Of a DNA stretch of 64,000 nucleotides, positions 8,891 through 19,154 are shown piece after piece. The first letter of the stretch is position 1; the number at the start of each line of letters is the position of its first letter. Under the pieces are notes generated by a model. That model ran no database searches. It was not told the origin of the DNA and was given only the letters and a program-made list of their open reading frames with translations. A program made the position numbers and the translations under genes. Origin of the DNA: Alphaproteobacteria bacterium (GTDB taxonomy: Bacteria > Pseudomonadota > Alphaproteobacteria > UBA828); assembly GCA_965214705.1 (NCBI GenBank), contig OZ243972.1, positions 2,720,001 to 2,784,000 on the forward strand, read 5' to 3'.

Positions 8891-10054
8891 TTACTCCGCA
8901 GCGGCCCGTGCCGGCGCCGGAACATCCATGTTGAAGAGGCGGGCGCAGTTGAGCCCCACCACGTTCGCCTTGGTCTCGTCGTCCACGTTGGCGAGGACGC
9001 GGTTCAGGACCTCGTGGCTGTGAGGGAAGGTGTTGCGCGGGTGGGGGAAGTCGGAGCCCCACATGACCTGCGTGGGGCCTGCGACATCGAAGGCGCGGTC
9101 CGCGAACTTGTCGTCCACGAAGCTGTGCCAGACCTGCGTGTGCAGATATTCCTGCACGGACTTCTTCACCGGTGTGACCTTGAGCGAGTTCGCCACCGCG
9201 CCCTGAAGCTGCTGGGTGCGGAACAGGAACCAGGGCAGCCAGCAGATCTCGTACTCGCCGAGGATCAGCTTCAGCTTGGGGTGACGGTCGAAGATGCCGC
9301 CGAAGATGAACTCGTTGGCGAGGATGGGCCCGGCATCGGAGAAGAGCTCGAGCCAGAGCCGCGCCACGTCGCCGCGCTCGTGATCGTGGATGATGGTGAA
9401 GGGGTCGCGCATGCGGCCGGCGACGATGTGGATCGTCACCGGAATGTCGAGGTCCGCCGCCGCCGCCCAGAGCCGATCGTAGTAGGGGTCGCGATAGGGC
9501 GGCATGTGCGGCTTCACGTCGGTGTAGATGAAGACGGTGCGCACGCCCTTCTTGGCCAGCCGTTCGAGCTCGGCCACGGCCCAGTCGACATCGTCGGGCG
9601 GCAGCATGCCGGAGGCGAGCAGGCGCTTCGGGTCGTGGCTGCAATACTCGACGATCCAGTCGTTGTAGACTTGGCAGACGTCCTGCACGAGCTGCGGATG
9701 CTCGATCCGCATGCAGAGCAGCGCGAAGGTCGAGTTGACGATTTCGGCCTGAACGCCGTCCATCTCCATCAGCTCCAGACGAAGCGCCGGGTCCTGGTTG
9801 GAGCGGTTCACCTTGTCGGCGAGTTCGGGGTCCATGGCCGAGGATTGCTCGGTGGAATCCGCCGCGTCCTCCGGCTCGACCACGCCGAGGTCGATGTAGT
9901 CGTAGCCGAAGAAGTAGTAGTTGCCGGGGATACCGTCGTAGCGGTCGACGACGCGCGGGACTTTGTCGCCCCACTTATTGCCGAGCGCCTTTTCCCACAG
10001 GTCGAGCGGCTCGATGATGTGGGAATCGGCAGAAATTACATAGTCCAGGCTCAT
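8891..10054 (-). CDS. Amidohydrolase-2 family metal-dependent hydrolase/decarboxylase
   Basis: ISADSHIIEP, GIFDRHPKLK, MWGSDFPH, GLNCARLF. Confidence 0.88.
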   Translation of the reverse strand: MSLDYVISADSHIIEPLDLWEKALGNKWGDKVPRVVDRYDGIPGNYYFFGYDYIDLGVVEPEDAADSTEQSSAMDPELADKVNRSNQDPALRLELMEMDGVQAEIVNSTFALLCMRIEHPQLVQDVCQVYNDWIVEYCSHDPKRLLASGMLPPDDVDWAVAELERLAKKGVRTVFIYTDVKPHMPPYRDPYYDRLWAAAADLDIPVTIHIVAGRMRDPFTIIHDHERGDVARLWLELFSDAGPILANEFIFGGIFDRHPKLKLILGEYEICWLPWFLFRTQQLQGAVANSLKVTPVKKSVQEYLHTQVWHSFVDDKFADRAFDVAGPTQVMWGSDFPHPRNTFPHSHEVLNRVLANVDDETKANVVGLNCARLFNMDVPAPARAAAE

Positions 10055-10082
10055 CGTCGTTCCTCTCTGGCTCGCGGGCGGC

Positions 10083-11060
10083 TCAGGCGTGGAAGGGCCT
10101 TTGCTCCGGCGGCGCGGCCGCGGCCTGCGCGAAGTCGCAGTTGCGGGTTGCGTAGAATTCGACCAGGAAGCCGTCCGGATCGCGCAGATAGAAGCTCCGC
10201 TTGGTGCCGCTGTCGATCGTCGCCACGGTCGGGATGTCCCGCGCGGCCAATGCCGCCTCGGCGTCAACGACTTGGGCTTCGTCCGCCATTTCGCACGAGA
10301 AGTGATGGCAGCCGTTCTCCAGGCCGTCAGCCCTGGCAAAGAGGGCGCAGTGGAAGTCGGGCGTGGGCGCCGTGCCCCGCAGATAGGCGTAAGCGCCGTC
10401 GGGCGCCATGTAGGCCACATCCAGGCCCGCGAAGTCGGTGTAGAAGCCGAGCGAGCGCGCGACATCCTCCACCACCATCACCGCGCGCGTGGTGCGCAGC
10501 GGATGGACCGGCGCGCCCTCGACGCGCTGGTAGTCAGGCGCGCGCTGCCACTTGGGCTCTGCGCTCGGTGCCTCGGCCGCCGGGTCCCAACGGGCGGAGA
10601 TGTTGGGGATGGGACCGCCGGTGAAGACCGAGCGCCAGTCGTGCATCACGTCGGCGTAGAACTCGTGGAAGATGCCGTCGGGGTCGGGCACGTAGAAGGA
10701 GTGCGAGAAGGTGTGGTCGATGGTGAGGTAGTCCTGGCAGCCGGACGCGACCGCGCGCTCGATCGCGGCCACCAGCGCCGCTTCGTTATCGACCTCCCAG
10801 CCGAGATGGTTGAGGCCCGTCTCCTGAAAGCCCTCCTCGATGATCACCTCGCCGTCGCGGCCACGGAAGGGGCGGTCGATCTCCACCATGCCGACATCGT
10901 GATGGCTGTTGCCGTTGGAGACGAAGCCCGCCCCGGTGCCGACCTCGATGCCGACCTCCTCGAAGCCGCAGATCTTCTCGAAGAACGCGACCGAGCGGTC
11001 GAGGTTCCGCACGCTGACATTCGCGTGGCCGAGCCTGCGCACGCCGAAGTTCACCGTCAT
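10083..11060 (-). CDS. Two-domain VOC family protein (extradiol dioxygenase-like)
   Basis: RRLGHAN, HHDVG, GLNHLGWEV, SFYVPDPDGIFHEFY; second module with SFYLRDPDGFLVEFY. Confidence 0.85.
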   Translation of the reverse strand: MTVNFGVRRLGHANVSVRNLDRSVAFFEKICGFEEVGIEVGTGAGFVSNGNSHHDVGMVEIDRPFRGRDGEVIIEEGFQETGLNHLGWEVDNEAALVAAIERAVASGCQDYLTIDHTFSHSFYVPDPDGIFHEFYADVMHDWRSVFTGGPIPNISARWDPAAEAPSAEPKWQRAPDYQRVEGAPVHPLRTTRAVMVVEDVARSLGFYTDFAGLDVAYMAPDGAYAYLRGTAPTPDFHCALFARADGLENGCHHFSCEMADEAQVVDAEAALAARDIPTVATIDSGTKRSFYLRDPDGFLVEFYATRNCDFAQAAAAPPEQRPFHA

Positions 11061-11166
11061 CGCCTGCGCCCCTCCCTGCCGACTTTGACCGGACGAAAAC
11101 GGTATAGGGTGCGCATGGCACCGTCAATTTTGGGCGGCGCGCAAGCCGTTGCGGTAGCGGGTGCTC

Positions 11167-12915
11167 CTATTCAACGCCTGACCCGCGAAGGGCGGCGGTG
11201 GCGGCCTCGTCGAGGGTGCCGCTGGCGGAAACAGCGACGGCGTAATCCCGCCGGGCGGCTTCGGGCGAAACCAGGTCGTTCCGTACATCGGCCGCCACGT
11301 CGTCTGCGGCGCGGTGGCAGGGGTCGCCGTAGCCGGCGCCGCCGGGGAGCACCAGCTTGAGGCGCTGGCCCGGCGGGATCGTCTGCTGACCCTTGCCACG
11401 CAGCTTGGTGCCGTCGTCGAGCGCGATGGTGCCCGGCGCGCCGTCGAGCCCGCCGCCCCGGCCGCGCGCGGGGTTGTCGATGCGCTCGAACTGCGCGAGC
11501 ACGCTGAAGGGCGCGCCGTCCGCGCCGCCGATCTCCATCACCTGGCCGACTCCGCCGCGCAACAGGCCGGCGCCGCCGGTATCCTGCGCGAGCTCTTTCC
11601 GCCAGATAACGATGGGCGCCACCGTCTCAGTGGCCTCGGCCGGTATGGTGCGCACGCCGCTGGGGAAGGCGGTCGCGGAGAGGCCGTCCTTGGTCGGCCG
11701 CGCGCCGGCGCCGCCCGAGTTGAACAGCGCCACCTCGAACTCCGGCGGATCGAACGCCGCGTTGCGCCGGGCCTCGCTGTCGATGGCGGTCGCGCCGCCG
11801 CGCAGCTGCACGATCCAGAGCGAGGCCGCGCCCTCCGCCGGCACCCGCTCGGGGATCGCCTGATGCAGGCAGCCGAACACCAGGTCGGGCAGCATGTGAC
11901 CGATGACGTGGCGGGCGGCGACCGGCCAGGGCCTGGGCACGTTGAGGATCGAGCCTTCCGGCGCCGAGACGGTGAGCGGCGCGAGCGAGCCCGCGTTGTT
12001 CGGGATGTCCTTGGCCACGATGCACTTGAGGCCGAAGCTCGTGTAGGCGGTGGTGTAGTTGAGCACCACGTTGATGCCGTGGTTGCTGGCGGGCGAGGTG
12101 CCGGTGAAATCGACGTGGATGCCGTCGCCCGAGATGGTCATGGCGGCGGCCAGCGTGATCGTCTCGTCGTAGCCATCCATGGTGAGCGTGTTGCGATAAG
12201 TGCCCTTGGGCAGCTCGGCGATAGCGTTGAGCGTCGCCGTGCGCGAGCGCTCGATGATCTCCTCGCCCAACGCGTCGAGGTCGGTCAGCCCGAACTCGTC
12301 CATCATGGCGAGCAGACGGTCCGCGCCCGCCCGGTTGCAGGCGATGAGCGAGTGGACGTCGCCTTCGAGCTGGAGCGGTTCGCGCACGTTCCAGCGCACC
12401 ATCTCCAGCAGGTCCTCGTTGATGCGGCCCTCGCGCACGAGCGGCATGATCGGGATATAGAGCCCTTCCTCGAACACCGAACGCGCGTCCGGTCCGAAGC
12501 CGCGGCCGCCGATGTCCACCACGTGCGCCGTGCAGGCGAAGGAGCCGATGATCCGGCCCTCGCGGAACACCGGAGTCACTACGGTGAGGTCGTGCAGGTG
12601 GCCGCAGGTGAGCCACGGGTCGTTGGTGATGTAGACGTCGCCTTCGCGCATGACCTCGTTGGGGTAGCGGGCGAGGAAGTGCTGAACCGCGATGGCCATC
12701 GAGTTGACGTGGCCGGGCGTGCCGGTGACCGCCTGGGCGAGCATGCGGCCCTTGGTGTCGAAGACGCCGGCGGAGAGATCGCCGGCCTCGCGCACCGTGG
12801 TACTGAAGGCGGTGCGCAGCAGCGTCTGCGCCTGCTCCTCGACCACCGAGATCAGGCGGTTCCACATGATCTGCGTCTGGATCTGGGCGAGGCCGGATTG
12901 GGTGTTGCCGTTCAT
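11167..12915 (-). CDS. Hydantoinase B/oxoprolinase subunit
   Basis: RTAFSTTVREAGDLS, NDPWLTCGHLHD, HVVDIGG, GGAGYGDP. Confidence 0.93.
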   Translation of the reverse strand: MNGNTQSGLAQIQTQIMWNRLISVVEEQAQTLLRTAFSTTVREAGDLSAGVFDTKGRMLAQAVTGTPGHVNSMAIAVQHFLARYPNEVMREGDVYITNDPWLTCGHLHDLTVVTPVFREGRIIGSFACTAHVVDIGGRGFGPDARSVFEEGLYIPIMPLVREGRINEDLLEMVRWNVREPLQLEGDVHSLIACNRAGADRLLAMMDEFGLTDLDALGEEIIERSRTATLNAIAELPKGTYRNTLTMDGYDETITLAAAMTISGDGIHVDFTGTSPASNHGINVVLNYTTAYTSFGLKCIVAKDIPNNAGSLAPLTVSAPEGSILNVPRPWPVAARHVIGHMLPDLVFGCLHQAIPERVPAEGAASLWIVQLRGGATAIDSEARRNAAFDPPEFEVALFNSGGAGARPTKDGLSATAFPSGVRTIPAEATETVAPIVIWRKELAQDTGGAGLLRGGVGQVMEIGGADGAPFSVLAQFERIDNPARGRGGGLDGAPGTIALDDGTKLRGKGQQTIPPGQRLKLVLPGGAGYGDPCHRAADDVAADVRNDLVSPEAARRDYAVAVSASGTLDEAATAALRGSGVE

Positions 12916-15017
12916 GTGGCGTCCTCCCCTTGTGGTGGCCGGCGTTCCAGCACGATCGCGCCCAAGGCATCGACGGAGGCGGTGAACGCCGCGCTCACCA
13001 CTGCCGTGGTATCAGTCTCGACGATGAGCGCTGGCCCGTCCACCCGCGCGCCGGGGGCAAAATCCGCGCGCCGGTAAACCGCCGCCTCGACCACGTGGCC
13101 GCTCCCCGGGTCGAGCACGGGCCGCAGGCCACGCGCCGGCGGCGCCGCTGCTTCGGGGGACGGGGCGATGGGGGCGACGGCTTCCGGCACGGCGCTCACG
13201 CCGACGGACCAGCTCACGATCTCGAGGTCGAGCTTGGGGATGATGCGCCCGTAGAGCGTCTCGTAGGCGGTCTCGAAGGCCTCGCGGATGATGGCGGTGT
13301 CCTCCCGCTCCCAGGTGCGGTTGGGCAGCGGCACGACCACCTCGTGCCCCTGGCCGAGATAGCGCATGTAGGCAGAACGGTACTCCCGTGTGGGCGCACC
13401 CGGTGCTCCTCGCGCAACGATGGCGGCGGCCTCGTCGCGCATCTCCTCCAGCACGCGATTGGTCAGCTCGGGGTTGAAGGCGCTCACCACCTGATAGGCG
13501 CTGCGCACCACCTCGTAGGCGACCGGCGCGCGGAGGAAGCCGATGGCAGAGCCCACCGCCGCGGCGGTCGGGATCAGGACGCAGTCCATGTCGAGTTTTT
13601 CTGCGAGCCGTGCGGCGTGCAGGGGCGCCGCGCCGCCGAACGCGATCATGGTGCGCTCGCCGAGCGTGGCGCCGATCTCGATGGCGTGAACCCGCGCCGC
13701 ACTCGCCATGTTCTCGCCGACCATCTCGCTGACCCCGAGGGCGGCCACCTGCGGCTCCAGATCGAGCGGCGCGCCGATCGCGGAGGAGAGCGCGTCGGTC
13801 GATGCCTGCTCGTCGAGCGCGATGCGCCCGCCCGAGAACTCGGCGGGGTCGATGCGCCCCATCACCAGATCGGCGTCGGTCACCGTGGGCTCCGCGCCGC
13901 CCTGGCCGTAGCAGGCCGGGCCCGGCTGGGCGCCGGCGCTTTCCGGCCCCACCGCGATGCGGCCGAGGCGATCCACGACCGCGATGGAGCCACCGCCCGC
14001 GCCGATCTCCACCATCTCGATTACCGGGATGCGGAGCGGCAGGCCGCTGCCCTTGAGGAAGCGATGGGCGCGGGCGACCTCGAAGGCCCGCGTTGTCTGC
14101 GGCTGGGCATCGTCGATCAGGCAGATCTTGGCTGTGGTGCCGCCCATGTCGAAGGAGAGAACGCGATCGAGCCCGCATTGGCGCGCGACGTGGCTCGCGA
14201 AGACGGCGCCGCCCACCGGCCCGGATTCGACGAGGCGGATGGGAAAGCGGATCGCCGTTCCGATGTCGGCGACACCTCCACCGGACAGCATGACGAAGAG
14301 CGGGCAAGCGAAACCGGACTCGCGCAGGCCGTCCTCCAGATTGCGCAGGTAGCGCGCCATGACCGGCTGCACGTAAGCATTGGCGCAGGCGGTCGAGAAG
14401 CGCTCGTACTCGCGCATCTCCGGCGCGACCTCGGAGGAAAGCGTGATCGCGAGGTCCGGCAGCGCCTTGCTCAAGATGTCGCGCACGCGGCGCTCGTGCG
14501 CCGGGTTGACGTAGGAGTGCAGGAGGCCGATCGCCGCGCTCTCGATGCCTTCGGCGGCGAGCTCGGCGGCCGTGGCTTCGACCGCCGCCTCGTCGAGCGG
14601 CAGGATCGGATCGCCCGCCGCGTTGAGCCGTTCGGGAATGGGGAAGCGCCATTGCCGCGGCACCAGCGGCACCGGCTTCTCCATGTCGATGTCGTACTGC
14701 TCGAAGCGGCTCTCCGTCCCCATCTCGATGGAATCGCGGAACCCTTCGGTGGTGATGAGCGCCGTGCGCGCGCCTTTGCGCTCGATCATCGCGTTGGTGG
14801 CGAGCGTGGTGCCGTGGATGACGAGCGCCACCTCGTGCGGGGCGACGCCGCATGATTTCATCGCCTGCGCCAAGCCCTGGCGCACGCCCTCCTCGGGCGC
14901 GTCGGGCGTCGTCAGCACCTTCGCCGTGAACCGGTCAGGTCCGCGCTCCAGCACGATATCCGTGAAGGTGCCGCCGATATCGACGCCGATCCGAACCTCT
15001 GCGTCCGCTTCCGCCAT
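12912..15017 (-). CDS. Hydantoinase A/oxoprolinase (ATP-binding) subunit
   Basis: DIGGTFTD, HGTTLATN, ESGP, DMGGTT, IGAGGGS, GPESAGAQPGPACYG. Confidence 0.95.
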   Translation of the reverse strand: MAEADAEVRIGVDIGGTFTDIVLERGPDRFTAKVLTTPDAPEEGVRQGLAQAMKSCGVAPHEVALVIHGTTLATNAMIERKGARTALITTEGFRDSIEMGTESRFEQYDIDMEKPVPLVPRQWRFPIPERLNAAGDPILPLDEAAVEATAAELAAEGIESAAIGLLHSYVNPAHERRVRDILSKALPDLAITLSSEVAPEMREYERFSTACANAYVQPVMARYLRNLEDGLRESGFACPLFVMLSGGGVADIGTAIRFPIRLVESGPVGGAVFASHVARQCGLDRVLSFDMGGTTAKICLIDDAQPQTTRAFEVARAHRFLKGSGLPLRIPVIEMVEIGAGGGSIAVVDRLGRIAVGPESAGAQPGPACYGQGGAEPTVTDADLVMGRIDPAEFSGGRIALDEQASTDALSSAIGAPLDLEPQVAALGVSEMVGENMASAARVHAIEIGATLGERTMIAFGGAAPLHAARLAEKLDMDCVLIPTAAAVGSAIGFLRAPVAYEVVRSAYQVVSAFNPELTNRVLEEMRDEAAAIVARGAPGAPTREYRSAYMRYLGQGHEVVVPLPNRTWEREDTAIIREAFETAYETLYGRIIPKLDLEIVSWSVGVSAVPEAVAPIAPSPEAAAPPARGLRPVLDPGSGHVVEAAVYRRADFAPGARVDGPALIVETDTTAVVSAAFTASVDALGAIVLERRPPQGEDAT

Positions 15018-15081
15018 GACTTACCTGCGTTCAAAGTGTTGGATTACACGATTTGAGAGGATTGATTCCCGCGACCTGGCG

Positions 15082-17847
15082 TCAATGGGCGTCGGCCCAG
15101 CTGGTACCGGTGCCGATGTCGACGGTGAGCGGCACATCGAGATGGGCGGCGCTCTCCATCACCTGGGTGACGATAGTGCCGGTCTCCTCGACCTCCGCCT
15201 CCGGCACCTCGAAGACCAGCTCGTCGTGCACCTGGAGCAGCATCCGCGCGCCCAGGCCTTCGGCCTTCAGCGCACCCTGCATCGGGATCATCGCGCGCTT
15301 GATGACGTCGGCCGCGGCTCCCTGGATCGGCGCATTGATCGCCGCCCGCTCCGAGAACGCCCGGCGCGCCGGGTTGCGGTCGTTGATCCCCGGCAGCCGG
15401 CTCTTGCGCCCGAAAAGCGTGGTCACGAAGCCTTCCGCATGGGCCACCTTCTTGGTGCGTTCCATGTAGTCCTTGATGCCGGGATACTGCGTGAAATAGG
15501 CCTCTATAAGTCGCTTGGCCTCGGCCTGGGGGACGCCGATCTGGCGTGCCAGACCGAAGGCGCTGATGCCGTAGATGATCCCGAAGTTGATCGCCTTGGC
15601 CGAACGACGAACCATCGGGTCCATGCCCTCCAGCGGCAGGTCGAACACCTGGCTCGCAGTCAGCGCGTGGATGTCGGTCCCATCGCGAAACGCATCCTTG
15701 AGCGCCTCGACGTCGGCGACGTGGGCGAGGATGCGAAGCTCAATCTGCGAATAGTCGGCGGAGAGCAGCACATGGCCTGGCGCTGCGACGAAGGCGCGGC
15801 GGATGCGCCGGCCTTCCTCGGTGCGGATCGGGATGTTCTGCAGATTGGGATCGTTGGAGGAGAGCCTGCCCGTGTTGGCGGCGGTCATCGTGTAGGTGGT
15901 GTGGACGCGCCGGGTTCGGGGATCGATGTGCTCGACCAGCGCATCCGTGTAGGTGCTCTTGAGCTTGGTGAGCTGACGCCAGTCCAGCACCCGCGCTGGC
16001 AGGTCGTGACCCTGGGCCGCGAGCTCCTCAAGGATGTCGGCGCCGGTGCTGTAGGCGCCTGACTTGCCCTTGCGTCCGCCCTGGAGCCCCATCTCCTCGA
16101 ACAGCACCTCGCCTAGCTGCTTGGGCGAGCCAATGGTGAAGGGATGGCCGGCGAGGGCGTGAATCTCACTCTCTAGTGTGTCGATCCGACTGGCGAAGTT
16201 CTCGGACAGCGCGACGAGTTCGCCTTGGTCGACTAGAATGCCGGCCGATTCCATTTGCGCGAGCACGGCAATCAGCGGGCGCTCGATCCGCTCGAAGACC
16301 GTCGTGAGGCGGTCGGCGACGAGACGCGGGCGGATGACCCGGTGGAGACGGAGGGCAATGTCGGCATGGGCTGCCGCGGTATCCCGCAACGCCTCCGGCG
16401 AGACCGCGTCGACGGAAACCTTGTTGCGCCCGCTGCCGAGCACGTCAGCCAACGTTGGCGCCGCGCGGTCGAGGTGGATGCGGGTGAGATCATCGAGCGC
16501 GTGGTTGTGCAGGCTGCCGTCGAGCACCCAGGACGCGAGCATCGGGTCGTCGATCGGGCCGACTGCGCCGTTCTCCCGCGTCAGCAGACGCAGGGTGCGC
16601 TTTATGTCGAGTCCGACCTTGAGCACACCCGGCTCGGCCAGCACGGGTGCGAGGATGGCGCGTGCCTCGTCAGGAGTCAGCTGAGCGACCGCCTGCTCGG
16701 CCCCGATCAGGTCGGGACCTGCGTGGCCCAAGGGCACGTAGCAAGCCTCGCCGGGTGCGGTGCCGAGTGCGAGACCGACGAGGCCGGCCCCCTCCGCCGA
16801 TCCGTCAGCCACGAATGGCTCCAGCGCCAGCACGCCGCTCGCGCGGGCCTTATCCGCCCAACCAGCGAGCGTGTCGGCATTGGTCACCAGCGGATAGGTG
16901 TCAGGGAGGGGGGCCGTCTCCTCCGGTTCCGCCTCCTCCTCGGCCAACGTCGACTCTCCGTCATCGGGGTCGAGCCGGGCAGCGATCGATCGGAATCCAT
17001 TTTCCTGGAAGAAGGCACGTAGCGCGCCCGGCTCGGGTTGCCGACGTGCGAGCGCCTCCAGCGGCATCGGCAGAGGCGCATCCCGACGCAGCGTCACAAG
17101 ATCGCGCGAGACGCGCGCCATCTCTGCATGCTCGATCAGGTTCTGGCGCCGCTTGGGCTGCTTGATCTCTTCTGCGCGCTCCAAAAGTTGGTCGAGGTCG
17201 CCGTAATCGTTGATGAGCTGCGCCGCCGTCTTGACACCGATGCCGGGAATGCCCGGCACATTGTCGGTGCTGTCGCCTGCGAGCGCCTGCACGTCGATTA
17301 CCCGCTCGGGCCCAACGCCGAAGCGTTCGTGCACCTGTTCCGGGCCGATCTCGCGATTCTTGAAGTAGTCGTACATGACCACGGCGTCGCCCTCGACGAG
17401 CTGCATCAGGTCCTTGTCGGCGGAGACGATGGTGACCCGCGCGCCCTCCGCCCGCGCAGCGTCGGCATAGGCCGCGATCAGATCGTCCGCCTCGAAGCCC
17501 TCGAGTTCGATCGACGCCAGGTTGAAGGCGGCTGCGGCCTCGCGCACGAGCGGGAACTGCGGGATCAGCTCCTCCGGCGTCTCACCCCGGTTTGCCTTGT
17601 AGGGCTCATAGATTTCGTTGCGGAAGGTAAGCCGCGCGGTGTCGAAGATCACCGCAGCGTGGTCCGCGTCGGTCTCGCGCAAAATCTTCCAGAGCATGTT
17701 GGAGAAGCCGAGCACCGCATTCACCGGCGTGCCGTCGGAGCGGGTCAACGGCGGCAACGCGTGGAACGCGCGAAAGATGAAACCCGAGCCGTCGATCAGG
17801 TAGAGGTGGCGCAGTTTGCTCGATTTGTCGGGGGCGACATCGTTCAC
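15082..17847 (-). CDS. polA: DNA polymerase I
   Basis: 5' nuclease LIDGSGFIFRAFHA, GDSTDNVPG; polymerase motifs DYSQIELR, KAINFGIIYG, LQVHDEL. Confidence 0.98.
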   Translation of the reverse strand: MNDVAPDKSSKLRHLYLIDGSGFIFRAFHALPPLTRSDGTPVNAVLGFSNMLWKILRETDADHAAVIFDTARLTFRNEIYEPYKANRGETPEELIPQFPLVREAAAAFNLASIELEGFEADDLIAAYADAARAEGARVTIVSADKDLMQLVEGDAVVMYDYFKNREIGPEQVHERFGVGPERVIDVQALAGDSTDNVPGIPGIGVKTAAQLINDYGDLDQLLERAEEIKQPKRRQNLIEHAEMARVSRDLVTLRRDAPLPMPLEALARRQPEPGALRAFFQENGFRSIAARLDPDDGESTLAEEEAEPEETAPLPDTYPLVTNADTLAGWADKARASGVLALEPFVADGSAEGAGLVGLALGTAPGEACYVPLGHAGPDLIGAEQAVAQLTPDEARAILAPVLAEPGVLKVGLDIKRTLRLLTRENGAVGPIDDPMLASWVLDGSLHNHALDDLTRIHLDRAAPTLADVLGSGRNKVSVDAVSPEALRDTAAAHADIALRLHRVIRPRLVADRLTTVFERIERPLIAVLAQMESAGILVDQGELVALSENFASRIDTLESEIHALAGHPFTIGSPKQLGEVLFEEMGLQGGRKGKSGAYSTGADILEELAAQGHDLPARVLDWRQLTKLKSTYTDALVEHIDPRTRRVHTTYTMTAANTGRLSSNDPNLQNIPIRTEEGRRIRRAFVAAPGHVLLSADYSQIELRILAHVADVEALKDAFRDGTDIHALTASQVFDLPLEGMDPMVRRSAKAINFGIIYGISAFGLARQIGVPQAEAKRLIEAYFTQYPGIKDYMERTKKVAHAEGFVTTLFGRKSRLPGINDRNPARRAFSERAAINAPIQGAAADVIKRAMIPMQGALKAEGLGARMLLQVHDELVFEVPEAEVEETGTIVTQVMESAAHLDVPLTVDIGTGTSWADAH

Positions 17848-17984
17848 GATCGGTGCTCCGTCTCCTGGATGGACGCGGGGTGCTCTTGCGGTGGGCGGTG
17901 CGCGCCACTATGCCACGCGGGCCGGCCCCCGCACAGCAGGCCGGCGGACGCCCGCCACCAACCGCCGGCAATCGAGACCCGCCC

Positions 17985-19154
17985 GTGACCGCCCCGAGTA
18001 ACCCCGTCCCTTACGCGGCTCCGCGCATCTCCGCCTTCTACGCGGCCTACTTCCTGGTGGCCGGGGTGGCGCTGCCGTTCTGGCCTCTTTTCCTGCAGGC
18101 GCGCGGGCTTTCGGTGACCGAGATCGGGTTCATGCTCGGGCTCACGCTGATGCTCCGCGCCGCCGCTGGCCCCTTCATCGGCCGATTTGCCGACCGCCGC
18201 GACAGCACGCGCGGGCCGCTCGTCGCCTGCGCGCTGACAGTGCTTCTGGTTGCCGTCGCCTTCTACTGGACCTGGGGCTTTTGGCCGATCTTCGTGGTCA
18301 GCACCGTCTTCACCCTGGTCTATGCCGGCGTGCTGCCGTTGGGGGAGACCATCGCGCTCCGCACCGTCTCCGCCGAGTCGGGCTACGGGCGCGTGCGGCT
18401 CTGGGGTTCGGTCTCTTACCTTGTTGCGGCTGCCGTAGGCGGCGCGGTGCTCGAGGTCGCGGAGGTGCCGTCCGCCGAGATCATCCTCTCCATGATCCTG
18501 GTCTGCATCGCGCTGATGATCGCGGGCTCCTTTGCCATGCCGGACAAGCGTGGCGGCGACGTGCCGCCCTCGGCGCCGATCTTAAGCGTGCTGAGGGAGC
18601 GGCGCTTTCGCCTGATGGTGTACGCCACCACCGCGATCCACGGCGCGCACGCGGTGTTCTACGGCTTCTCGACCCTCCACTGGCTCGCGTCCGGGCTCTC
18701 GGAGTGGGTGATCGGACTCTTGTGGGCGGGCGGGGTCGTCGCCGAGGTGATCCTCTTCGCATGGAATGCGCCGCTCGTCCGCCGCATCGGGCCAGTCGGG
18801 CTCCTGGGCACGGGGGCGGTGGCCGGAGTCGTACGCTGGGCCGTACTGGCGCTGACGACGGAGGTTTGGGCGCTGGCGCTTGCCCAATGCCTGCACGCCT
18901 TCACCTTCGGCGCGATGCACTTGGGGGCAATGGTCTTCATTGCGCGAACGGTGCCCGCCGGATCAGCGAACACCGCGCAGGCGCTGTTTGCCGCCACGAC
19001 CAACGGACTGGGCTTAGGCGCCGGCCTCCTGCTCGCGGGCGTGCTCTATGCCGCGTGGGGCGCGGGAGCCTACTGGGTGTGTGCGGCGGTCTCCGGTCTG
19101 GGCTTCATCGCGGCACTGGCGATGCGCCGTCCCGGACGGGAGGTGACTGCCTAG
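17985..19154 (+). CDS. MFS transporter (HcaT/MFS_1-like)
   Basis: Many TM segments; YGRVRLWGS, QCLHAFTFG; probable GTG start. Confidence 0.85.
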   Translation: MTAPSNPVPYAAPRISAFYAAYFLVAGVALPFWPLFLQARGLSVTEIGFMLGLTLMLRAAAGPFIGRFADRRDSTRGPLVACALTVLLVAVAFYWTWGFWPIFVVSTVFTLVYAGVLPLGETIALRTVSAESGYGRVRLWGSVSYLVAAAVGGAVLEVAEVPSAEIILSMILVCIALMIAGSFAMPDKRGGDVPPSAPILSVLRERRFRLMVYATTAIHGAHAVFYGFSTLHWLASGLSEWVIGLLWAGGVVAEVILFAWNAPLVRRIGPVGLLGTGAVAGVVRWAVLALTTEVWALALAQCLHAFTFGAMHLGAMVFIARTVPAGSANTAQALFAATTNGLGLGAGLLLAGVLYAAWGAGAYWVCAAVSGLGFIAALAMRRPGREVTA

